The position numbers were made by a program, and so were the translations under genes. Positions 24,701 through 36,700 of a DNA stretch of 64,000 bases are shown here, one piece after another. This DNA is from Aplysia californica (lineage: Eukaryota). Every line of letters starts with the position of its first letter. The stretch's first letter is position 1. The stretch spans positions 8,244 to 72,243 of the forward strand of contig NW_004798353.1 of assembly GCF_000002075.1 (NCBI RefSeq), given 5' to 3'. The notes beneath the pieces were generated by a model. That model saw only the letters and a list, made by a program, of their open reading frames with translations. It made no database searches and had not been told where the DNA came from.

Positions 24701-27700
24701 GAACTGGATCGCCTCCTCCACCACCCTCCCCTCCTACATGGACAGCGCCTCGCTGCCCGAGTTCCCGTGGCTGGCCTACATGATCCTCATGGTAGAGGGA
24801 GAGAGCGAGGTCAACTCCCGCCTCTGGCAGATGCTCATCATGGAGCTGCACTCGCCCAACCGCCCCAATATCGACAACGGCCTCCGGGTGAGTTTATAGT
24901 TTTAGTAATAGTTTTACGGCACTTGAAACACAGTGGAAAATAATGCGCTCGTCAATTTGTGAACATATGGAGTTATTGATACAGTCTTAGTTTAGGTTTT
25001 TAGTTTTAGTAAGAGTTTTACGGCATTTGAAACGCAGTAGAAAATAATGCGCTCGTCAATTTGTGAACAAATGGAGTTATTGATACAGTCTTAGTTTAGG
25101 TTTTTAGTTTTAGTAAGAGTTTTACGGCACTTGCAGCACAATAAGGTCGTGTAAGTGCCGAAGACTAGATGTGTTACACGAGAGTAACGTACACAAGAAA
25201 GGAGGAGAGATAAGGATGATAGATGTTTGATAGAAAAGAAGGAGGAAACCACACTAGAGCTCCTGCCAACCACCCTCTCAGGCTTAGTGGGCAGCTGTTC
25301 ATTCGCTACCTCAGAATCACAAAGTTCTATCTGACATTTTTGGCTGTTTTGAGTTACTTAGACCATGAGGTCAGAAACCAAATCTTCTACCTGCTCTATC
25401 AAAGTCGTAAGATTATTAGGAGTCGTTATCACGATATTCCAAGAATTGCATTCGCAAAAGCTTGAAATGGTGTGAAACTCAAAATCTTTGACGTCGAATT
25501 TCTGAAAACTAGGTACTGAGCAGAAAGAACTTTGTAATTTGGAGGTAGCAGAGTGGCTGCTCTGATGTGATCTCCTTCTGCTTTTCTTTTTCAGTGCTAA
25601 TAATGTGTCATGGTACTGACTGTCAGTTTGTTAGTGTTTTGAGCGCCCCTGAAAAATGGCAGCTTGCACTGTATACTTTGAGTGGGCCGTAATGCCGAAA
25701 ACACGTCACAGTGTAAGCCGTCAAATTTTTACTTCTTATTCTTTTGTGATTCTCCTGGAGCCACCGGGGAGTGAGNNNNNNNNNNNNNNNNNNNNNNNNN
25801 NNNNNNNNNNNNNNNNNNNNNNNNNNNNNNNNNNNNNNNNNNNNNNNNNNNNNNNNNNNNNNNNNNNNNNNNNNNNNNNNNNNNNNNNNNNNNNNNNNNN
25901 NNNNNNNNNNNNNNNNNNNNNNNNNNNNNNNNNCAGTGTCCAAGCTTCACCTGGAGCAGGCCCCGACCGCTAGCCGACTGACCATCTACCGGTGGGCCCA
26001 GCAAGCTCTGGACACCCCGTTCGACCACCCTCTGTTGCCCATCCTGTGGCAGAGGTTCTTTGCCCTGTACCTGGGCAGGCAGGTGTTCGAGTCATGGTAC
26101 TGGCCGTTCTGAATAATGATAATTATATTGATATGTGAGGCAGCGTGGTGGAATCAGGCTCTCGTCAGTTTTTGGGCATGTAGAGTTATTGGTATCATCT
26201 TAAAGCTCGTTCACTTGTCTTTATTTGGATGTAAAAAATATCCATTTATCTTAGATACAAGTTGAGATATTTGCGAATGAAGGAGATGCGGGTCACCTGT
26301 TTTCAGAGGTGAGGTTAGTGAGAAATGGCTGCCAAAGATTACTTTTTTCCTTAGCTTAAGAGTCCGTGGTAACTGAAAATTTACTATTTTTGTGCCTTTA
26401 ATCAATGTTTTTCAGAAAAATCCACACAGAAATGAGTTCTTTAATGGGCATGAAAGGTGTTGAGCCAAAAAAGAAAATTTTATAAAAATTCACAAACATG
26501 GGGAAAAATGCAAGTTTCTTCACTTTGATTATTTTGACGAGCGCCTGATTCCACCACGCTGCCTCACATATTCATTTAATGATGATGATGGTGACAGTAA
26601 TAAAAGTAACAATAATTGTACATATATACATGCTCTACAGTATGTTCTATACCATTAGTAATACTTCACTCTCATGATCTTATTTTAAATTTGAATCTGA
26701 TTTAGTGTCCCAGAATAATTTAGTCTTCCTGGAAGAACACTCTCTTTGCGTAGAATGTTGTGTCATTTGGTCGATCTAGGCAGAGAAGGGAAAAAACTAA
26801 ACAAATATAATAAAAAAAAGAACCCCCAACAAAACTAAATGAGTCCTAAAATGTTTGAGTGACTCAGGTATACTGATTGTGAATATAGCTGACTGTGTAA
26901 AGTCAAGCATATCTAGTTACCACATTTTGTAGCTCATTTATATAATTTTTAAACTGCTCATTTGATTTGTTACAGTATTTTTTCGGCTATGTATAATTGT
27001 GCAAGAAATAAACCGGAACTGCATTGTTGAAGATAAAGAAACTTAATTGTTAAATGAAACCTTCAAGTAAGGGACTGAAGTGTTTGGCAGACATATGGTT
27101 GGAGTTGGACACTGACGATATGTGAGGCGTGCTGACAAAATGAGTTACTTATCGCTATCCAAGAATGTGAATATTGGCAGAAAATCGACATTTGGGGTCA
27201 GATTTATAGATTTTTAATTGATGCCATTTTGTTCAAGTCTACCTTGTCTTTTAGTATTTCATACTTACAAATTGTACAAACTTCACTTATAAAGTTGATG
27301 TATCAATTTCCATAGAGCTAAAATCCAAGAAGTAACTCATTTTGTCAGCACACCTCACATATGCTTTTAATTGTCATTGTGTTCAGCTCCATTGCTCAGA
27401 GAGCCAGTGTTGGGGAGCGGTTCTTCGAGTCCATGAGCTACTCGCACATGCTGAAAAAGATGAGGAAGAGGTTGATAGACACCTCCAACTTCCACATGAA
27501 CTTTGACCCTCAAAAAGACGGGTCCCACAAAAGGCGCAGAAGTTCCCACAGTCCCACCACCCCACCAAGTAAGTTGGACCTCATCTGTTGTGTTTTGTTC
27601 AGCTGGTAGTGTTTTATGTATAATATTTTTCCTTGCCAAAACTACAGAGCTGGCTTATGTCCAATGTCCTGGCTGTTTGAACCCCAAAGGAAATTTTTTG

Positions 27701-30700
27701 ACTTTTCAGTTTTTATTTTCCAGATTTAGGGTCTAGTATTAGTATGATGTTTATCTTTATGTGCCCTTTTTTCTTTCTTTCATCTTTCTCCTTCTTTTCT
27801 GTAACTAGTGTTCCAAGCACTTCTCTTTTGAAATGATTAGTGTGATGTTTTGTAGAGTTTTAACTCATGCAAAAGGAAATTGCAAATGAGAAGGCAAGTG
27901 TTTGGAGGGCTCCACACTAGATCCTACTTCTTTTGAATTTCTCTTTTCTTTCTGTCTGTGTCTTGCTTTTTCCCAGTACTAAGTGGGAAGTTTTGGCAGT
28001 TGCTCTGGTGTGGTAAGCTCTTTCTTTCCTTTCAAACTTCTGTTGTCCATCTCTCCTTTTCTTTGCATGTTGCTCTTTTGGAAGACTGCCAATCTTCAGC
28101 ACTTTTATAACCTATTCGTGTTGCAAGTGCCATAAAACTCTAAATAAAACTAAAAGTATTGACCAGACGTGCATTGCTCAGTGCTGATGGCTTAATCATG
28201 TGCTGCAACTAAAACTACATTATATAAAAGGAAATGCTCCTAGCACTAAAGGACAGTATCTGAGTTGATGTGTTTCTCTCCACAATGCGAACAAACGGGC
28301 AAATAAAAAGTTGTTGTGTCCTCGCAGTTGTTGATCCAAGCCTGGACTTTGGCCCAGGGACGGCGCGAGTGAACCAGGAAGCGGAGGAGATTACCGAGTA
28401 CGCCAGTTCTGTAGAGTTTCATCGTATGCTGGCCAAGTGAGTGTCCTTGTGTGTTTGTGTGTGCGTACGTATTCTCGTGTGTGTGTGTGTGTGTGTAAAT
28501 AATGGTGATTGGATGTATGATGAACATGCTTTTTTAAATGAATGTAAAGCCCATTGAGCACTTTCATAATAGAAATGCGTTATTATAAGTGAAATTTATT
28601 TATCATTGTTATTATTACTCCGTTTCTCCTTGAAGGAGGTGGGTATTGCACAAATCGAAGAAAGCACACATGCGTATGCTGATATCTGTTTATGTCCTTC
28701 AGGCTGTTCCAGACGTACAGTTTGTGGCTGGAGGAGCCACGACTTCACGACGGGAACCTGTACCTCCCCGCCCTCCCTCCGCAGTACGAGGCTGTCAGAC
28801 TGAACCAGGTCTTCCAGGGATTCATGGTCAGTTGTAAGATAATATGAGATAGGATAAGATAAGATGAGATAAGGTAAGGTAAGATAAGCTAAGATAAGAT
28901 AAGAAAAGGCAAGATAAAATAAGACAAGGTAAGAAGATAAGATACTGTAAGATGGGATAAGGTATGGTACGATAAGAGAAGACAAGGTAAGATAGGGAAG
29001 AGAAGATAAGACAAGATAAGGTAAGATAAGATGAAATACGATAAGGTTAAATGAGATTACATTTTATTGATCTCCACAAAGGGAATTTTGGTGCGGCATG
29101 GTAAATACATACACATACAGGCACACACTTACATTTCAACACTCGCCTACACGCATGCACCAACACTCACACGACACACTCACACACACACAGACACACA
29201 CACTCTCACACACACACACACACACTCACACACACACATATGATTGAAAGATGTCAGCAGTAGATCTCTCGTTTTTCTTTTCCTTGCATTCAAAACAATT
29301 TGGTACTTTTGTCATTTTATAGCATCAGAACATTTTGCCGTCGTAAAAAGCAGAACCTCGCATCTGATCAAATTGAGCATTTTGGGTCTATTGATTTGTT
29401 GTACTAGTCTTGCCTATATCCATTTTGACTCAAATGCAGGACAACTTATCAACATTTGAAATGGTAGTTTTCAAAGTAGTTAAGATATAAGTGATGTCAA
29501 GAAAAAGTTTTTTTTCAAAATCATAAAAAGTGCAGTTATGTTGCTCAGCCTTTGGACGGCAGAATTGGCTGGCTTCTCTAACACAAACTCATCTCAAACT
29601 TTCCCTATGTCTCGTATGTAGGGTCCTTGGATAGAGTTTGTGGACCTGGATGGTGTCCAGTACACGCTGAGTTGTCTGGCAGCGGACTGGAGGAAGCGAC
29701 TGACGTGCTCTAAGACAGCGCTGTACACGGCCGCGGCAGAGAGGAGGAACACTATGATCGAGCAAGGGGACGGTGAGGGAGAAGTTGTTGTCACAGGAAC
29801 ATGAAGCTTAATGTTTATTTAATCGTTAAAACATTTGGATGATGACTTATTTGTGTAGCAAGTGCCATGAAATTCCTACTAAAGTAAAATTTAATTGTTC
29901 CTGCTGTTTTGATGAAGGGGAAAAAAAAAGAGATGTCAATATCATGTAGTAATAATTACTCTCCCATATTCTTATTTTAAATTTGAATCTGATTTAGTTT
30001 CCCAGAATAATTTAATTTAGTCTTCCTGGAAAATTAGTACGTAGACGCTGATTTCATTAATTTATCCTTTCAGCAAATTTTCACTTCTGATGGCAAATAC
30101 AGTTAAAATTGTCCAAGATGGGCATCCTTTTTGTAAGAGGAAAGTGGTTGTTTTGGACTGGTGGACATCTTGGATAGTGTCATCATAATGTAAAAAAAAA
30201 AGGAAAAGGAAAGAAAAAACACACAAAGGGGGAAGTGAGGAGTGGTCATTTATACAGGTGATAATCTTGGACAGTTGGCCGTTAGACCAGGTTTGACTGT
30301 ATTTTTAAAATCTCTGTCCTTATGCAGTTGCGAGCACCATAAAACACTTACCTAAAAAACCCCCCAAAAAACGGAAAATCTCTGTGCCCAAATCTCTGTG
30401 CCCAACCTTGATGATGAGAGTTGAAACTTGTCCCCAACAGCCACAGAGCGGATCACTCGTCGCCTGAGACGCTATGACACGCCCAAGCCAGCGCCGGCCA
30501 TCCAGAATGTGGCCAGCCCTGTGCCAGAAATCAGCACGGCCATTTTGGAAGACAAGGAGGCGCTGAACCATCTCCTGGTTTCTGATCTCCAAGTTCTCAC
30601 ACACTTCACCAAGTATGTTGTCTTCCTGATGTTTGATATTGTTTCTTTTTTTTTTTTTTTTTCACTCTACATGTTTTTATCCCCGAATTGACACAATTTA

Positions 30701-33700
30701 GATCATTTAGGAGATGGGTTTGGTCAACCAGGGTCTTGAGGGATGCAACATCCCAGCAAAAAAGACCAAGATACTTAAAACTTTGCCTTCACATCTCGCC
30801 GATCGGCGATGTTTACCACCCAGTTTCTTTGGATTTTCCACAAAATGCCTTTGCCTTTGGTGGCAGGGTTTTTTTACTATATGAGCCTTGTGATGGCAAA
30901 GTGTTAATAAAAATTCTCTCTTTTCAACAATTGAACTCGGGTCTTCTGTGTGCGACAGTGAAGCACCTAATGGTGGTACACCAAAGAAACCAGTAATGTT
31001 TGATATGTTTGTATATTATGTTGTGAGAGAGTTTATAAATTCACCAATTGTCCAAAGTGACACTAAGATATTCCTATCTTTGGCATATTTTTTTCCCCAT
31101 CTGCGTTTTTCTAGGTGCTCACTGTCTATCACCAAACAATGTCCCCCTTTTCCAGATTCACAGAATTCAGGCCAGGCCTTCTGTGTGAAGGTCCATGTAC
31201 CAGTGTTTGGTGCCAGTGCTTTTGACTTTACTTTTGATTTTTTGAGCTAAAAATGCAATTTTTGTATATTTTTAAAAATAGTGTTAGAATATAAATTTGT
31301 TCTCCACAGTCACTGGTGTTTCTTGTATTCACCTAGTTATGGATGTATGCGTCTGCTATGACTGTCAGTCCTGATAAAAAAAGAGCCTGTCTGGAGTTGA
31401 GAAAGATATCAACTAATAAAAAATAAAAAAAAGACATGAAAAAATATTTTGCATTGACAGGTCTGAAATTTTAAAAAGTGGTTATTCTTTGTGTTTATGA
31501 CTGTCTGTTTATCTTGTCTCCTTCGCTTCAGAGTTTTTGCTGTCCGCTGTGCTCAGCACTGTGCCCTGGACAATGTTTACTTGGAACTCATCCCTAATCT
31601 GTGGGCAAACCTCACCAAAACGGTACGTGCATGTACTTCTTCCTCACCCTATAGGTTCTTTATGTAGGGGGGTGGGGGGGGGGGATTCCCCCCGCAAAGA
31701 TTGTACATTTCATGATTTTGAGAAAAAAATTTTCGTTTAAAATGGTGCTTAAATCGTCCAAAGTTATGAATTTTTCTAAATATGATGGAAAATTACTATT
31801 TCACATGTAGATGCAGTGTCCTGCCTTTAACACAAAAAGGATGTGAACAAGACTAATGTAACAAACATAATAATACCAATAAAACTGATTTTGTCAGATA
31901 CATCCGTATGCCCTGGGAAGGCAGAACAATGGGACAATAGAGAAAGGCGACCTTCACACCTCACGATGAGCTGTACGGCACTCTCTTGTAAGTCTGTTTT
32001 GTTTGAACTCTTTGCAGGTTCAGTTGAATGCACCGTGCAAGAGCAAGGTGAACCCTCTGCACAGATGTACCGGTCCTGCTGTGCTGCCTGTGAAGGTGAG
32101 TGAGCACTTCTCTTTGGAAGGTGATGTACAAATCTATAAATGTCTTTGAGGGAACTCAGTGTGGAAGCTATCGTTAAAAGCTTTTGTGTTTTGTTGAAGG
32201 GGAAGTGAAAATCAGAGACAAAATACATTGAGAGACTTAGGAAAAAGATAAATAAGTATAGGGATTGACTGAGATAGTAAGAGAGAGAGAGAGAGAAAAT
32301 TAGAATGCATGTTTGAACAAGTGGTTTATCACAATACGATTATCACACAGCATTCTCAGAGCATTAGAATACAATGACGCATTGGTGGAAGTTTGATTTT
32401 ATAAATATCTTTTCTACTAGATCTCCTTACACACACTCGAAAAATACACAGACTCTCGAAAGTGGTCACAAATATGAACAATATACACTTAAACCTCAAA
32501 CTTACATTCAGCATATGTGTTTGATTACATTACTTTGACGGCTGGATACAAGAATCTGTCGAATGGTCTCCCTCCCCAGATTGAGAGCAAGGAGATGAAT
32601 GAGATGATGAACCGCAGAATCGAGGAAAACCGTGCAGAGTACAAGCAGGTGATGATCGAGTCTCTGCTGCCCACTGCTCCCCACATCTGCGTGGCTGCAG
32701 TTCACACGGAGAATGCCATAACGTACGTAGCTAGCTGTTCTCTGTCAAGATGGTAAATTAGAGATGTGTTTGCTTGACACTGCTTGATGGCTTAAGAATT
32801 TTCTGTTTTTGACCAGAGTTTTGTGTTGTATTTTATTTAGACCAGGGGTCACCAAAGGTGGAGCCGGTAACTGAAAGAATGCAGAATGCAGGCTGGATAG
32901 CTACTTTTTTTTTTCAATGCAATATACTGAATATGTAAAGAATACACTTTCGCTAGAAATTATGAAGTCTATGAAAGCATTTCTGATTTGCGCTGAAGAG
33001 TTGAATGAAATTATTGAATTATGTTTGTGACCAAGTCCTGGGCACACTAAAGACACATCTTTGAATACTGTTTTTCTTGCATCATGACCCATGACTGACA
33101 ATTTAATTTGTAGTCTTTTCATTCTTTTCCTGTTCTTCCTCCAGTTATTTCTTCTTATTTATTCCTTTTGATAATTCTGTTCAGTCACCTTTTTATTTTT
33201 GATAGCTCTGCATTTGATAAGTGCTGAGTTTTATTTTTTTTTTAAATATTCTTTTCTGCAGATGCTTTGGCCATTATCAGACCTTGACAGACAAACTAAT
33301 GTTATTATTATCATTATTATAATTATTATTATCATTAATATTATTATTACCTTTATTTTGGCAGCATGCTCATCAAAATGAGTCAGCGCAGCAGTGATAC
33401 CTCACGTGTCAAACGCCTTCATAATATCGCCTGTGACCTTTTCTTCCGTCTGGCTGACATGGTGTGCGATGAGGTCAACTTTTATCCTCCAACCAAACAG
33501 TTCTTTGCTTCGTGCATGGAAATCCTAGGCCAGGTCAGTCAATTGCTGTTAACACTTTGCAGTCACTTGGCGAAATAATGCCCCGGTGAAATTTATCCGT
33601 AGCGGTCACCTGGCGCAGCAGGCCTATGAGGTCCGTTGCAGTCACTCTCCTGGCTGGGTGACTAAATGGGGTATTTTGTATTGCTGGCTGTGTGTCTGCA

Positions 33701-36700
33701 GAATGTTAAATAAAGGCAGGGTTGTAGGGGGTTTTGTGACACTGAATAGTTGGATTAAAAAACTGAGAGCAAGCAAACGGTGGAACAGCATTCCGTATAT
33801 TAAAGAGTTCAACTATCTATCATCCTCCACATCTCTGCTCCTTTTTTCTGTGTATGTTACTTACTGTCTAATACACCTCTAATCTTTGGCGATACTTATA
33901 TGACCTAATTATGTTCCAAGTGCCGTAAAACCTGTACTAAAACTCAAAACATCAAACCAGAAAAAAAAAAAAAATTAAATTTAAAAATATCAAACAAAAT
34001 ACAAAAAAACCCAACCTAATCCATTCATCCCCCCCCCCAGGAGTTTGTGTCTCGTGACGCGGCTCAGACAGAGGCAGTCCTACAGCTGTGCCTGGAGAAC
34101 CCCAAGGTGTCGGGCCTGGTGTCCCCCCACTTCGTGCCCAACAGCTGCCCGGCTCAGCTGGTCACCATGTACGGTCAGCTGCTGCATGTGTTGCAGGCCC
34201 AGAACATGGAGCTGGTCTTTATGCTGCTCACCAAGGTATGGGTCTGTAGTAAAATTACTTTTGTGCTGTGGTGAATAGGGTTAATGGAATAAATCTAGAA
34301 TAGATATTGTATATTGGGAAAGCATCATGTAATACAAGTATAGAAGAGAGGGTGTGTATGTGTGTTGACTTGTACCCATGCCTGTAAGTCTTATGTATTT
34401 ACCATCCCAAACACATTTCTTTTTTTGGGATTCAGTATAATGTTATCTCATCTTATCTCATCTTCATTGTCCCAAAGAAGTTATAGATTACTTACTAGTA
34501 AAAACTTTTCTTTCTCCTGCTGTGTTTGTCTTTTGACTTCTGTCATTGGCTAGAGAGCTTAGTAAAATGCTAACTTATCCCATCTTATTTTATCTTAAGG
34601 CCTTGTTCCAATGAAGTTATAGAATTACTATCAAGTAAACATTTTTCTTTCTCCTGCTGCGTTTGTTTTCAGTTCGACATCCGTCAGTGGCTAGAGAGTC
34701 ACAATCCTCGCGAGGCGGAGCGTAAGATGCTGGTGGAGTCGCTCGGGGCAGCCATGATGGCTTGTGGTGCCGAACCCGAGGCCAATTCTAAACTGGTGTT
34801 CGGGGTGAGTAGTTCTTGTCAGTGTTGTGAACTGCCCATGTTGCCATTGTAGACTAAAAAAAATACATATTGAATAAGAGAAGTAGGAGAGTTTGGTTAT
34901 TTTGTTTTTAAGAATGTGGTAGCTGTTGGAGGGTACTGCTGGTAAGTCTTTATTTATTTACAATTCTTTTGATGTCTCTATTTCTTGTCTGTTTTTTCCC
35001 TGACGTATTTATGACTATTGTTTTTTCGGAGTACACCTCTTCGCCTCACATAGACTTGTATTATAATATCCAAGACTGTGCACTCTGGCGTAATTATGAT
35101 TCACAATGGAGCACACCATTTGACTCTATCTGAAAACAAATAAAGGGTAAGAGGGGAAGAAAGGTTTGCGCAAGCACTTCACTGAAGCGAGATTGATGTT
35201 CTGCTGTCCATTTGCGCACGTCCATGATGCACACCAGCACAGCAAAGTTTTTTAAAAGAGAGCCAAGACTGGCAGCCATGATTATGCCGGGTCAAGGATA
35301 TTATTGTAATTCAAGTCAATGGCGTCAAAATCCCAGAGAAAAATGGAAATTAACAAACCTGTCAACAAAGTCTGTCTTATCGTTGTCTCCTCAGCTGTAC
35401 CTGGCTCACCTGGCTGCTCTCCTGGAGAGTCGGTTCCCGTCGAACCTGTGCCTGGTGGTCAACATGGTTCTGCAAGGTGAGAAGTTATGGGGGGAATATG
35501 GTTTTTTTAGTTAGTTTTAGTAGAGATTTTACAGGGCTCGCAAGTGCATAAGGTCATATGAGCGCCGTGGGGAGGAATATATAGTGCTATGTGGACCAGT
35601 TTTCAAAGGTGCCAATTTGCCGGAGAAATCCATAGCAATCTGGTAATCCGGATTTCTGAAATGTTCTTTGTGCAGGTGGAATAGCATTTTATTCAGAAAT
35701 AGTTTTGATACAAGATGTATTGGACAATATAATCCATAAATTTTGAGCCTCCATGTGTGCATTTTCATGGGGTCTGAAAAGTTCTGTATTTTTTGCATAG
35801 CTAGTTGGCACCTCTGAATTCATTTTACAAGGAAGTGGGAGGGGGAATGAGGGAGGAAAAGGTGAGAGCTGGGACATTGTGTCCCTCTCAGTCTTGGGTG
35901 GCCCTTCGTATAATGTTTTGTTTTTGATTTCCACAGTTGTTGTTTTGCACATTGATTTATGTAAAGCACCTAGAGCTATCTGTACACAGGAGTAGGCGCT
36001 ATAAAAATGCACTTCATTATTATTTTGATAATAAGGATCATTCTTCTTCTTCTTCTTCTTCTTCTTCTTCTTTTTCTTCTTCTTCTTCTTTTCTTCTTCT
36101 TCTTTTCACAAAATCCTAGTGACGTCCCCAAATGTGACAACAGAGTGCTAAAGTCCCTATGTCTGTCCCTGTAGGTTCAGCAGCTGAGCGCCTGCACACC
36201 CAGGTGTGGGAGACGTTGCTCCGGTGTTGCTTCACGGACAGAGTCGTTCACACCGCCGACGACGCTGAGACCAGGCAGAGGACGGACTCCGTGTTTGATG
36301 CGGCGAAGGTGGAGGCGTGCGTGGACAGTCCTATGTCCACTGTGCAGGTAGGCGGATTGTCGATTAGTGCTCAAATCAACTGCTTCGTGTAAGACTTTGT
36401 CATGCGTCATTTATCAAAATGGTGTATGGTCCAATCTTACACGAAGCAGTCGATATAACCTTACATAGATGCGAGCGCCGTAAAACATATACTAAATACA
36501 AAGTTTTGTGTATTCTTTCTACAATTAAGATGGAAAAATTTTGTGAAATTGTATAGATCTAGCGTCATTTGGATCAATGTGATGTTATTTAAGGGACAGG
36601 ACCTCAGAATTTAATGTCCATCTCCGATACGTGTAAAATCGATATTTTGTGGGTTAGCTGGTCTTATCACAAGAGCGATGACATACTCGTACCTCTAAAC

